A program made the position numbers and the translations under genes. The notes beneath the pieces were generated by a model that ran no database searches, had not been told where the DNA came from, and was given only the letters and a program-made list of their open reading frames with translations. A stretch of DNA of 64,000 nt from Camelus dromedarius (taxonomy: Eukaryota). The stretch covers positions 47,060,001 to 47,124,000 of the forward strand of contig NC_087437.1 in NCBI RefSeq assembly GCF_036321535.1, in the 5' to 3' direction. The number at the start of each line of letters is the position of its first letter. The first letter of the stretch is position 1. This document shows, one piece after another, positions 39,221 through 52,467 of this stretch.

Positions 39221-40199
39221 AGAGTGGACAATGATCAAAAGAAAATAAAACACTTGTACATAGGGTGAAAGGGAAATGCTTGCAGAGCACCAGTGTACAG
39301 CTCGAAGTCATGACCCTCCTTAGCCCATCACAAGTCCTCACGTTCTGGTGTAGGAAGTCCCATTCTCTGCATGCACAGAGTAAACAAGATTGCTCATCTC
39401 ACAACACTCACTCCTTCTCATCCTCCAGTGATCATGAAGGGAACTTAATGAAAAACATAGTTCTTTTAGTAAAATAGATCTGGGCTCAAGTAGTATTTTT
39501 ACCATACACAAGAGTATCCTTTGAGCATGTAACATAAATTCTGAAAGATTTTTGATCCTTGCTGTGAATTGTATCTCAATAAAACTGATTAAAAGAAGAT
39601 GACAATGCCTAACTTCAAGGGTCACTGTCAAGGGTGGTCACGATGGGTGTAGAGATTCTGCATTTAGGTGTTCAACTCAGCAATCTCCTCATGATGACAT
39701 ATGTTAACATGGGCATTTCAGTTTGTAATTCTTTCACTAGCATTTGCTTACATAATTTTCTCAAAATAATTAATCAGTCTAGAAAGCAAATAATAAAGCT
39801 AGGGAGATTTCCAAGAAAGTACCCACAGAGCACATAAAACCATGAAAATATCTTCTCTTTCCCGCTCATGCCTCAGCTGACTGGGGAAATAAATAAATCT
39901 TTAGTAAACATTTCCAGCATCAGATGATATTTCCAAGATTGTATTATGTCTCCAAATGCCTGCATAAGTTAATTATCTTCATGAATATTGGGAATTATTT
40001 GTAAAGTGTGCTCCTGAATCTACTGTAGCATCATTGATGACTCAGTCAGGAGGGTGAGAGTCTATTTGCACTCAAAATGGACCCGAAATAACTTATCTGC
40101 TATGTGAGTATCCAAATCTTTTCATATGAAAACATGGTAGTTGGTTGGGGGGTGCAGATTTATGTTAGTGAAGGGTTTCAAGGTCTTTTAAAAAATCAC

Positions 40200-40390
40200 T
40201 GAGTGTTACACCTGGAAGAAAATTTAGAGGTACAGTAATTTAGTCTACTCCTCGTTTTTGTTTGAAATAACTGGGGCACAGGGGGTTAAATGATTTATCC
40301 AAGGCCACAACTTTGCAGTGATGCAACTCAGACTAAAATCTACATGGCCTAACTTACCAATTTGTGTCCTTTCCACATACTATCCTGCTT
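40200..40390 (-). mobile_element. MIR SINE
   Basis: aactggggcacagggggttaaatgatttatccaaggccaca. Confidence 0.7.
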
Positions 40391-40569
40391 CATCATGACA
40401 AAATACTATAGGAAAAAAAAATATTGACACATACTTCATGCTTTGGGGCTACACTGACATCTGGATGTATAATCAACTCATATAACTATGTATATTTCCT
40501 CTCAACCTCACCTTGATGCTAAAAGAAATGCGAATAGGCCAGAAGATATAGGCATACCCTAAAGAGCCA

Positions 40570-40797
40570 TGTGATCATGGGAAGAGCATGGGCTTTGGCT
40601 CAAGAAAGATATGAGTTTAAATGATAGCTCAGTGCAACTCTGAGCTATTTACTCAACCGCTATGGTCCTCAGTTCCCTGTGGTTCCAGTGGAATGGAGAT
40701 AATACCTGTCCTGAGGGCTTTACAAGGGAGAAGAGATTGTACCTGTGAGGATTCTGGCACACAGTAGGTGTTCAGTAAATGTCAGTTATTATTTATC
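40570..40797 (+). mobile_element. MIR SINE
   Basis: ggaagagcatgggctttgg..cctcagttccc..atggagataatacc..ctggcacacagtaggtgttcagtaaatg. Confidence 0.85.
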
Positions 40798-42049
40798 ACT
40801 GAGGTCCTTTCATGGTTCAGCCATTTGATTCTCCAGTGCCCTCACAAGAAACATGAAAAGGTCTGAGAATGTCAAACTGAGAAAAACCTTGGGCTCAGGT
40901 CTAACTGCCACCAGCTGCCATAGTTAAGAGATCTTGGCTTTGCTCTAGCCTTGGCTCCTGTCTGTAAATGGGAGCTAAATTCTACTATCTCTACCAGGCT
41001 ATGAGCGGTCTGGGGGATACATTTGTTTCCCCAGTGCCTTTCCCAGGGGCTTACAAGAGTCTTTACATCAATCCATGAGTGACACAGGAAGAAGAACACT
41101 GCAGGGGAGCCCAGAGCGGGACAGACCTGCTGTCCTGTCTCTCTATTCTGTCCCTGGAAATCTCCTCAGGGAGGCGTTTTCTTAGCTACTTTGAAGACCC
41201 CTACCCTGAGATATCCGGAACGTCATTGTCTTCACGTGCTCCATTTCCAACACATATCCCCAGCACAGAATTCCACAGCCCTCATGCATAATTTCATGTG
41301 AAAAAGTTACATTTTCTCAAGAGAACAAAGTTCATGTGCTTATGCAATAAAAATACCTTCCTTGTTTATTCCATTTCTTCCTCAATTCCCAAGCCCCATA
41401 TTGCATGCCTTGGTATGATCTGAAAAAGCTGTTCTCAAAAACTCCTCCCCCTGACATCTCTTCATTCAAAATACAGCATGACATTGGTAACCAAAAAGAC
41501 ATCTGCCATCTGGTAAAGTCCTATTTTTACTACCAAGGAACCCAAAATATTAATTGCCTTAAAATACCAACACCTTTTTTATTTCTACTGATCCTCTTTT
41601 GTAAATTTCTCCCAAATATAATTATTTGTCAGAAACTGTTTGCAGGGCATTCAAGACTAAGAGAAGGTCACTCAAACATAAACGGCCATAAGTACTCCTG
41701 CAACTTAATTATCACTCAAGTGTTTAAATAAAATAAAGGTCCAAGACATGTAGAGATTCAGAAAATAAATGATAAATACAGTGTCTACATTTACATAGAA
41801 TGGGCTTTGTATCCTCAATGTTGTTAGTAGAAAGTCTAAACGGTGAAACTTTCAGCTGTTTTGTGCTTTTCAAGAAATTTGAAAATTAACACTGTGAAAA
41901 CCTTTCAATTCTCCCATCCTAGGAAGTGGAATTTGTTTTTACAAATAAGGGTTTGAGTTCTCCAAACAGTCCAGGAATATACCTGTCAGGCTGAATCCTG
42001 CCTGCTGAAAAATTGCATCTTCACCGCCATCATAATTTATCAAGAATTT

Positions 42050-42262
42050 GATAGGTATCTAAGACTGTACTAAGAGCTATTCATGTAGTAAGATTTAATT
42101 TTGGCAATAACTCTACAAAGGAGATAATGTTAACCTTACTTCATAAATGGGGAAGCTGAGGCAGAGAGCAGCTCATTCTCCAGTCATAAAGCCAGGACAC
42201 TACAGAGCCATAAATCAAATTTAGGTGTCCCTGGTTCCCAAGCTCACGCTCTCACCACTACT
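42050..42262 (-). mobile_element. MIR SINE
   Basis: ttcataaatggggaagctgaggcagagag..ttcccaagctcacgctctcaccact. Confidence 0.75.
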
Positions 42263-43402
42263 GGGTCCCTCACTGAAGTCTTGATATCTGTGACTGACGA
42301 ATTGTATCTTCCAGACTCTTATGAATGCATCTATAAATTAAAATATCCATAACTCATTTGTTGGTAAAAGGAACTAATAAAATCAGGAGGCACTGTAAAA
42401 ACCATAACATTTTTAAACATTCAATTAAATCATAACATAAATAAGCTTGTTGAGAGTCTAAGGTTTACAAAAATTAGTATGTGCCTTTTAAACTCACTGC
42501 TTGGAGGGGAGTCTTCGGTAACTGTCAGGACTGGAGGTTTCCTGCTGCTGTTGTTTGCTGACACCCCAGTCAGCCTGCCCAGAAACATGTTGACAACAGT
42601 AAAGACAGCTGAACATGCTCACGGAAAGATTAATATTAAAAATGAGCTGGAGGAAAACGGAGATTTTTTGTTGTTTTTAACACATGCCATTAGGCACATG
42701 ATGCAGTTTCCTGTTGCTCTGTTTGTTTCTGAAACAAAAATGGTAGTTGATGGAGGGAATCACGTCTCAGAGATGAGCCACTCCGGAGTCAGGAACAGAT
42801 CATTAAAATCCTCAACAGGCATCAAGTGTTTCATGCAAAGGACAAACACAGAACATTTGGAGACAATGCTAGGGTAAAGATTTTTTGTTTCCCTCTGATC
42901 AAACTTTCCATGAGAAGAGAGACTTACAGAGTCAAAAAGACACATTTATGCATTGCAGCCTTCAAAAACACAAGTGCTGGCTTCACATTGCTTTTCATTT
43001 TTAAGTGAATATGTGACAATACAAAAATGTCACCACTCGTTAAACTTTTAGATCGCTTCAACAGAGGAAGCCTCCTGCAGGTTGCTGAAGGTGGAACTGT
43101 GCCTTTCAGGCTGATTCTGTCTCCATCATGGACCCTCAGCAAATTCGTCCAGGCCAAAGAATAGTAAGTGCTGGAGCTTAGCATGAGGAAAGAAAGGATC
43201 TTAAAGTTGAAAGGGACTTAGTCTAGCTCTTCCCCTGTAGGGAAAGGGAGGAAAGACTATGCCTAGCTGTTACTAGCAAAGACTTCTTTATAGTTCACTG
43301 GAAACTGAAAATTCAGCTTAAAATGCAACTCCCTGAGTGCCTGTGGGGTACATACTAGGCAATGCACAAAGTTGAAGGCTCTTTCTTTGGGTTAAATACC
43401 AG

Positions 43403-43404
<2 letters not shown>

Positions 43405-43432
<28 letters not shown>
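43405..43432. repeat. Poly(T) tract (28 nt)
   Basis: Directly visible; no flanking TSD found. Confidence 0.95.
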
Positions 43433-43435
<3 letters not shown>

Positions 43436-43466
43436 TACCCACATAGATCTTGTACTTACACACTTG

Positions 43467-43830
43467 CCTTCATTCATTCCTTTATTGAATCATTCAATAA
43501 ATATTTATTGAGCACACACCATGTGCCAGGAACCCTTCTAGGTGATGAGAATACAAAGATGAATAAGATTTTACCCATACCTTCAAGAAGCTCACATTCT
43601 AAATCTATCTAGTGTGATTAATGAGCCTCTAACAAGGAAATGTACAAGATGCAGCAGAAGCAAGCACAAAGGATGTAACTCTTCCCAGGAAGGTCAAAAA
43701 GGGCTTCACACAGGAGTGAGGCTCTGGCTGGGACCTGAAGGATGAGGAGCAGTTCAGCAGGCAGACAGAAGGGAGTGGGGCTGTCTGGAAGGAAGCAAGT
43801 TTAGACAAGACAGGCAGTGCAATGGTCTCT
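43467..43830 (-). mobile_element. L2 LINE 3' region
   Basis: tcattcaataaatatttattgagcacacaccatgtgccagg..gatgaataaga..ttcaagaagctcacattcta. Confidence 0.9.
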
Positions 43831-44273
43831 GTGCACAGTACCTTTATGAATAGTAAACTTATGGAATTATTTATGAAGTGTTGATTAGAGCTAAAAGTTG
43901 GGATGTCCTTGAAATATTTTGAAAATTTCTAAACAACTCACAAATAATTCTTTAATAACAGGGTTAAGATGGTTGGCGCATAGCATTCACCTTTTAGATA
44001 ATTGCACTCTCCCATATGTAATTCATCTCTATGGCTCCCACCTTAACCCTCTACAAAAGAAATCAGGGTAGGTGTCCTAAATGAAAATTTACAGGTATTT
44101 AATCAGAGGCAGTATCCTGAGCCAGGAAGACCACAGGGCTCCCCAAACTAGCCATCCAGTGTGACCTGCCCAGCTCTCCCTCCAAGAGGAGCTGCACCTT
44201 CAGGTTTTGCTCCATGCCACCTCCCTGCCGTGCCCTGCTGCACTCAGCTCGCTTTCTAACTGCAGTGCCGCAT

Positions 44274-44297
44274 TGCTGACTCACAGCAATCTGATAA
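44274..44297. promoter_or_regulatory. NF-E2/NRF2 (CNC-sMAF) motif next to a GATA motif
   Basis: TGCTGACTCAC at 44274-44284 (reverse complement GTGAGTCAGCA) and TGATAA at 44292-44297. Confidence 0.4.
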
Positions 44298-44889
44298 CTA
44301 CCTAGAACCTCACTCTCTGTTTCTGCCTCCTCACACATAGCCTGGTCTTTTCCCCCATATATATGGGCACATTAGGGCCTTCCTCCTATCCTGTGTCTAC
44401 CTGTGCTCCTAGTTAGACAAAACTTCAGTGAGTCTATTTCTGATTTCTTTTCTAAACCACCAAGGTCACTTTGAATTCTGAATCTATCTTTTATCAAAGT
44501 GGTAGAACCAGCTTATACAATCTTGTCATTGGTATACTTCAATAATTTAATAGTCTCTTTGAACTCTCTTTGTGTCACTGATTGAAATTTACCTTGGTGA
44601 GTTACCCTAGACCCAAGACTTCTTCCTATTGAACAACACTGGCTACCTCCCCAGGCCGCCATTTATTTTTAAGGACCATTCTCAGATTATGTTTCCAACC
44701 AGATGTTAGAAACATACCTAGGAACTGTATATGTCCTCAGCCATATTTCCATAAGGGTTGATACTGTGCAACAAATCTCAAGCTAGAAACATTACCAAGG
44801 TCAAGGGAAATGACATCTATAGGAAGCATAGCTTTCCTCCTGCCCTAAAGGAGATTAGGTTCTTCTGACAGTGTTTGATCTTGATAAGC

Positions 44890-45130
44890 AATAACCATAA
44901 TGCGAATTTGAATTGTACTATGCTTTAGAGTGTTAAAAAAAAAAAACTTTCAAATAACTGAACCTAATGGCATCTATACGAGGTAGCTGTTGTAAGCCCT
45001 ATTTAGTTGATAAGAAAACAGAAGCCCATGGAAATTAAAGGGCCAGCCCTGATTCATATAAAAGTAAATGGCAAAAGTCAGATTCAAAGGCAGGTATTTT
45101 TAGGCCAGATTCTATATCAACTCTGGTGTT
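44890..45130 (-). mobile_element. MIR SINE
   Basis: ccctatttagttgataagaaaacagaagccc..gtaaatggcaaaagtcagattcaaa. Confidence 0.65.
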
Positions 45131-46599
45131 CTGGAAACATACATTTTATAATGGTTTTCTCTGTTAAAAAGTTGGGGTTACAGACCTATAATTTCCCATT
45201 AATCTCAAGTATGTTCCTAGACATATATTAATTTCATTAATTGAGCTAAAAACCCATTAACAACAGCAGGCAACTATTTTATTGTCCTGGAATGTAAGTC
45301 AGAACAGCTTCTCAGACGAGAAACATAACCAGAAAATGATCTTTAAAAAAAAATGCTACTCTAGGGAAGTAACAACTGATGTTCAGTAGAATGAAGTCTT
45401 GTAACCAAAGTAAGTAACATCTGAATCAATGACATCTCAAAGAGTTCAGTGAAGAAATCTGTAACATTTTTGCAAATCTTTCTTTGGGCTTATCTTTACT
45501 GCATTTTTGTTTCTGCACTTCAGTCTATTCTATCTGTCCTTTTCCAAAGAAGTGATCTGTATTGTTTTATCATAATCAGTTTTTAGTATATCAGTTCTAA
45601 AAGACCAAGTAACTATGATTTTAAAAAGCAATAAGGGGATGAGATCAAAGGATGTGGAATTTTTTTCAAGTGTTATAATAGAACTTGAATCTATTTTTTA
45701 AGATAAAAGAAATAAATTAGTCCTCAATGCTTTGATAAGTGCAGCTAGTTGCTAGCATAAAATTAATTTAAGGTCATAGACAAAAAAATGCCTGTCCCAG
45801 GTGATGAAGAAAGCAGCTTAGAGACCTGATAAAGGCCCTGTGTACCAAATTTTCCAGCATAGAGGTGGACAATTTAGTCTCTAAGCAGTTTTTGATTACC
45901 CCAAAAAAGGAACTGTGATAATAATGATTGGAAGACTGAAGGAACTAGCAAAGAGAAGGTAGTGATTATGGGTCTTCCACGTGAAAGTAAAATTTGAAGT
46001 TTTCTAAATCATTCTAGGCCCTGTCAGAGAGATAGTGTTTGATCAGTAATCCATCACTTAACAACTGGAAGGCCAGCAGGCATCAATCAAACTCAGCAGA
46101 ATATGCAGAGGGAGGGGAAGCAGAAGTAACTTCCCAGTACACATGGGTCTATTTGAAGCCAGTTGAATTCTACGACCTCATATCAAGGAGGGCAAGAGTG
46201 TGAAATTCCTTTGGAATTATTCAATAAAGGTCTTATATAGACAGCCCGATTTGGTCAGATGCCTCCTGTGTATATGAATATAAGGAATCCCATTTATTCT
46301 CAAAAAAAAACCCAAAAACCCCCGAAGAAAATTCAGCAACCAGTTTTACAGAAGGATGCTCCAATTATTTATTTCATTTTCCCTTTTTGTAACCTGACAT
46401 ATTTCTATCTTTGGGGATTACCAAAGCTTTGGTTAAACCCAGAAGGCAAAATCACCCTCATCATCTCTTAGAGTGCTGAATACCGCTTGTGTGATACATC
46501 ATTTTTTCAGATGGCATTTAAGTGCAAAAAATTTAAAATATCATATCACCTATGTGGGTGCACTGAATATGTCAAAATGAGCAGAAGCAACTTCAACAG

Positions 46600-46820
46600 C
46601 TTTCTTCTGCATACTGCCTTAAATTTTATCAACTGTCCTCTTACTTGGTTCTCAAAACACCTGTATGAAGTGGCCACAACATATTAGTATTTCCATGTTA
46701 CAAATGGACAGGCTGAGTGCACATGACTTTCCCAAGGACACACAGTTCCAAAATGGCAGCCACGATACTGAAACCCAGCTTTCCAACTACAAATCCACCA
46801 GTAAACCAGGCTTCTAAAGA
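46600..46820 (-). mobile_element. MIR SINE
   Basis: tttccatgttacaaatggacaggctgag..tgactttcccaaggacacacag. Confidence 0.7.
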
Positions 46821-46929
46821 AGTATGACTGGAAGTTTCTGATTAGGATATTCCCTACCACTGGTTTTCTGCATTTTTTAAGGACCCACAAAGGTGGATAT
46901 AAGGAGTTCAAACTACGGTGGCTGGTCAG

Positions 46930-47190
46930 TCAGGCTATACATCTTTCCTGAGCATCTGCTAATTTCGAAGCACTTGCTGATTGTGCTAATAAAGGAAGCT
47001 ACAAAGTAAAAATACATATCCAACACAGCTTCAGCCCTCAGTAAAAGAGATACAAATAACTGAAATAAAATGTGACACATTTAAAATACTGACATGAGTA
47101 GAAGAGGAAATTCTGACTCATTCTGATTGGAGTCAGGCAAGACCTCCCTGAGAACGTGGTACTTGAAATGAGTTTTGAAGATAGAGGAAA
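46930..47190 (-). mobile_element. L2 LINE fragment
   Basis: ctgagcatctgct..ggagtcaggcaagacctccctgag..cttgaaatgagttttgaagat. Confidence 0.6.
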
Positions 47191-48129
47191 ATGATGTTGA
47201 TTTCCAGATGGTACATTTTACATGCCCAAGTAAACTGGACAATTGAGCATAAATTACATAGCTTATTAAAAATTGTGCATATTGAATTAGGAGAAAGCAA
47301 TTAAATCTGAGCTATTAACTATAAAGCACATTAGCTACTACTTCTCATTCCCCTTGGAGAAGTAGCATCTGAAGCAGCTATTTTGAGGAATGGTCAGTCA
47401 AACCACCAACAATTCAATAACTAGTGACCAAACAAATAAAGGGGATGGCAGAGTCATGTTTACAGGAGAACAAGAAGGCCCTGCACACCTGCACTATGTA
47501 ACAATAGCAGATGGCAGAAGCTGGAAAAGGAGACCAAAAAATCTACAAGAAGTGGCTAATTTCAGCAAATGAAGACTCAGGCTGACTGACTGAACTCTTT
47601 TGAATCCATTCAGGGTCAATTTCTCCTAGACAATCTTGGGAATTGTACTTAAAGTATTAAAGTGCACACTTTACAAGCAAGGGTTGTCAAAACGTCCAAT
47701 GAGTTGTTAGCCAAGAAAAGCAACCCAGCAGGACACTAGAGAATTTATATGAAACAACATCTGCAAAGTAAAGACTTCTGGGTCACTTAACAGAGCTTCT
47801 GAAACATCTTTTCTGCCCCCATCCTCACCTATCCATTCTGTCAGTACACAATGGCAAAAACAAAGGAACAGACAAATAATTTAGCAGATATGGACAGGAC
47901 TGGCAGTTCATGAAGCAGACGGCAAGTAAAATGCATTAACAGCATCATTTGTCAAGTACGCATATGGGTCATAAAACAAAAGAGAACTCATCTACATACA
48001 AAGAGACAAGTTTTGTCATCATCATGAGTGAGCATCTCAGCAGGAAATCACCCCATCACTGTTACTAGGGAGAAGGAAGCAAGACAACAGAGGTCATAGT
48101 ATTCATGGATTTTGTTCATCTCTTCACAC

Positions 48130-48600
48130 TTAATTCAGTTAACTTCTATTACATGCAATTTGTGTGCCAGGCAGTGTTAGACAATAGGTTACAAAGGAAA
48201 TTGGGACCCTATTTCTGGGCTCAAGCAGTATTTCTCAAGAGCAGTATTAGAGAAATGCAAGGGCATTTATAGGAGGGTAGGAGCTGGGTCTTAGAGATGA
48301 GGACTTGCTCAGACAAAAATGAGAGGAGAGGGATGGGCAGGCACAAAGGCAAAAGAAGGCAGCCTGAGCAAAAGCAATTGATGGGAAAGTGAACAACATC
48401 AATGCGGGGCGGGGTGGGGGGGACTAGAAGCAGATGTGGATGGGCAGTGACCTATGTGTAAGTTAACTGAAGAAAACGAAACTAAAAAAAAGTAGCCAGA
48501 GGCCACATAGGAATGGCTTCATATGTCAAGAAGCTTGAACTATCTGAACAGACCAATGGAAAATCCATTGAGAAATTTAAACTGAGAATCTCTAATTCCT
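48130..48600 (-). mobile_element. L2 LINE fragment
   Basis: tgtgtgccaggcagtgttaga..gagctgggtcttagagatgagga..caatggaaaatccattgag. Confidence 0.7.
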
Positions 48601-48609
48601 TATTTTAAT

Positions 48610-49814
48610 TGGAGTGACTTGAGAGCTTCACATTTAGGATACTTGCTGTTAGATCTTGATAAATAGTCTTTATTATGTTAAGCAGTTTTCTTCTTTTCCT
48701 ATTTTACTTAGAATTTTATTAGGGCTGGCTGCTGACTTTTATCAAAAGCCTTTCAACATCTTTCAGTAAGATCACATGGCTTTTCTCTTTGAATTTGTTG
48801 AAGGCTTATGTTGATAGATTGATGGATGTTGCATGACTTGAATAAATCCAACTTTGTCACAATATATTATTTTTTGATATCTTGCTGTATTTTATTTTCT
48901 AATATTTTATTTAGAATCTTAAATCCATATCCATTAATGATCCTGATCATTCTTTCCCTCTTTACATGGTTTTTGTTTCTCTCTTTTTTTTTTTTCCAGA
49001 AATAACTTTATCCTGTTTTGGTACTAAGTTATATTGACTTTGTAAAATCAAATTAAATGATTTACTCATTTTTCTATGATCTGGATTAGAAACAGCTTTA
49101 GAATGACCTGTTCCTTAAGGTTTAGATAAAATTTCAGCTGTAAATACATGTTTCTGGGCTTTCCACAGACCTAGATATCTAATTTCGATCTTATCTCTTC
49201 CATGATGATTGCTTTATCAAAGTTTTTGTTTCATTTCTCATTCAGCTTTACCAACTTACATTTTGATAGCAAATTATTCATTTCATCTAGGATTTCAAAT
49301 ATTTCATTTCCATACAATTATTTTAATCTTCTATATGTGCAGTTATATCTTTTTTCTCATTTATGTCTTGTATATTTTTATTCACTGTGTTTTCCTTAAT
49401 CAGCTCATAACAGGTAAATCTATTCCATTAGATATTTAAGGTTTCAAATTTGTCTTTTCTTCCATTTCTTACTTCCCATATTACTAATTTCTGCTTTTAT
49501 CTTGATAATATTCTGTTTCTTGCTTTTCAAAATTGCTTTTCTAATCTCTTCAGATGCATACTATTTGCTTTTATGTTTTTCATTTTTCCTCTTTAATAGT
49601 AAAGTCATTTAAGGCTGTACATTTTTGAGTAGCAGGTTATAGCATCCAGAGTCCTCCTCTGTATTTTCTACATAGTAGTAAGCATTTCCATTTGACTCTC
49701 CCTTGATCCAATGGTAACTCACTAACTCTGTTAGTATGTAATAGAAGAAGTGGCTCAAAAAATTCTAACCTTTAAAAATCTGTAAGGATTTTCTGTGTAG
49801 CCAAGTACTTCATA

Positions 49815-49861
<47 letters not shown>

Positions 49862-51560
49862 TTGATATTATCATTTCATAAATATAGTTTATAATTCTCT
49901 ATTTGAAAGATGGAAGCCTTTTAAAAATACTTATTGATGTATGATACTGTTCAATTCTTCTATGATTTTACCTATTTTTTGTATGTTCATTTTGTCCATT
50001 TCTTGGAGAGCACCGTCACTGATTTAAAATAAAATTGCCTATTATAATATTTAAAAGTTCTCTGATTTCTAATAGTTTTTGCTTTATGTATTTACTGATT
50101 TATATTTTTTAACTGATGGGAGAGTGAATATAGGCTTATGACTATTATAGCTTTTTCAGAAATGATCAATTTTACCATTTTATAATGCTATTTTTATCCT
50201 CTATAGTGCTTTTAAGTTTAAATATATTGACTTCCATTGATATTGCAACCCTTGCTTTCTTTTAGCTTGTATTTGCTTGGTTTCTCCTTTTCTACTTCTT
50301 CATTTTCAACCTTTATTTATCACTTTGATTCTACTTCTCTATGAATAGTACATACATGAGTTGAAATTGTTTTTAACCCAATTTGATAGTCTCAGTCTTT
50401 TAAAGGGAAAAATCTATTTACAAATCATAAAATAGCCAATATACTCAATTTATGTCTTCCTTTCCACTTTATCATAATTGTTTATTTTATATTATTGTTG
50501 TTATTTTTTTTCTTTTTCCTAGTTCAATCATGTTGTTATTCAGTGTGGTGGATCTTTTTTTCTTTTGTTAATTTGGAAGTTTTACTGTACTATTCCATTC
50601 CATCAGTGAATATCTTTCCTCTCCCTACATCTTAAACTACTCTTAAATACTAAGTATTTTCCCACTAGAATACTGTTTCCACAACCAGGATGCTGTATTT
50701 CTCATCAACTTGTCCCCTCCTCCGTCCTCTCTGTAACATGAGACTTTAAATAACTTGGTCCTCTCTTCCTTTCCCCAAGAAGTCCTCTGGAATGCTTTTA
50801 CTCATCTTCTCCCTCTCCGTTCCAGGCTTTTATCAGAATTCCTTTTTCAGGGTGACCATTCTGCCTCAAGTGTCTTCACAGAGCATCTTTGCAGCATGTT
50901 GCCAGTCAGCCTGTCTCTGTCCAATTGTGTGTGTCTGTGCAGATATAAATGTGCATGTTTGTCACTGTTTCCTACGTCTTCTCTTCTTCTGCCTCCGTTG
51001 GTTCTTTGGTTCCTTCAATAAATATCCACACAGTAAACAAAGATCTACTGGGGCACTTCTATTTGAAGACGATGATGAGAAAATAATGTAAATCCTCCCT
51101 GACACCAGTGGATTTCAGATCTTTCTTCTGTGCAGGGAAAACAATTTCTTCGTACTTTTTAAAAATTATTGTCTCTTTTTCACCTTTTCCTTCTTCTGCC
51201 CCTATAACACCTGTTTTTACCTGTTTGATTTTCTGCATTAAATCCCCATGTCTCTTGTCCTTTTAAGCCTCATATTTTTGTTCTGTGCCTCAAAATATAT
51301 CTTGCATTTGACTTTCCATCTTAACAGGGACCAGACCAGCCTCTTTAATATCCAATAAAATAGTTTAGTTGGAAAATCATGTATTTAGTTGGCTCTTCCT
51401 CTCTCTCCATATACATATATATATATATGGATATGTGATCATGAATTATCAAATAAGTCAAATATCAAAATTATTAACATCCAAGTATCATGAAAATATA
51501 AGGAAAATAACAGGATTAATTTCAGCCTTTTTAAAACACAGACTTGGAAGCATCATTTTT
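48610..51560 (-). mobile_element. Long, highly decayed ancient L1 (L1M/L1ME-like) body
   Basis: About 3 kb of T-rich sequence with antisense L1 ORF2-type motifs (ttttatcaaaagcctttcaacatc..aagatcacatggcttttct..aataaatccaactttgtca..gatattgcaacccttgctttctttt..ccaatttgatagtctc). The right boundary is uncertain. Confidence 0.65.
49818..49862. repeat. (TTA)n microsatellite
   Basis: Directly visible. Confidence 0.95.
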
Positions 51561-52422
51561 GCCTGTGCTACCTCTTCTTTGTTTGGACACACAAGGCCAC
51601 CATGTGGCCTCATGCAAGTTTTCTACTCTGTAATTCTGGGGCTGTAATTTATTTCCTAGATATAATAGGGGTTTTTTCCTACTTATAGGGACAATTTTCT
51701 AGCAGGTGGTTCATAAATGTTTTGATGAAGAGGTAGTTTTTTTTTCTAATTTTCACAAAGTCACCATCTGGCCATGTTCATAGTTAAGATTTCACCAAAT
51801 TATCCTCTATTCCATGAACTTCATCCTCCAAAGGAAATGAAAAAGATAACATTTTGAACTTAAAGATAATGTCAAGCTGTTTTGAATGGCTTGCTTGATT
51901 TTTATAATGCAATGCATTATAGTAAATCTACCCAAGACATTTTCTTCTCAGTTGCTAAAATTCTGGGGAATTTTTTCTTCAAAAGCTATGATTAGTTTTT
52001 AAATTTCCCTGTAGAAGTGATGGTTTTATGAAATACTTATCCAATATTTTCCATTTTATAATGTTAATATTCCATCTTAATAATAATAAACTATTAATTT
52101 AAATAAACATTTGGGGACATTCTACACTTTTTTTGATTGACTGCTGCTTCTCATTACATACTTACTAGACATAGTTGGGCCACGCTATCAACTCTGTCGC
52201 TATCAAGAGCTTTGCAGCAAGCTTTAAGAATGTTGGTTCTGACACGTCTCAATTATTTCAGGTTATTTTGAATTTCCTTCATTATCTTGCATATTTTCTG
52301 ATATTTCAAGCTCACTTCAAAAGATTATACTGTTTTTAACTACCAGTCAGTGATCCCAATTAAAAACATAATTTTAAAATTAGTATAATTTAAAAAGACA
52401 TATTAGGAATGGAATTAATACA

Positions 52423-52467
52423 ACACATGCACACACACACACGCACACACACACACACACACACACA
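52423..52467. repeat. (CA)n microsatellite, imperfect
   Basis: Directly visible. Confidence 0.95.

Noticed and set aside
43405..43432. Poly(A)-only retroinsertion
   Set aside because: No flanking direct repeat found; treated as a simple homopolymer.
44480..44900. CR1/L3 LINE remnants (also near 8380-8510 and 45800-46000)
   Set aside because: Resemblance is too faint to support by eye; needs a profile-HMM repeat search.
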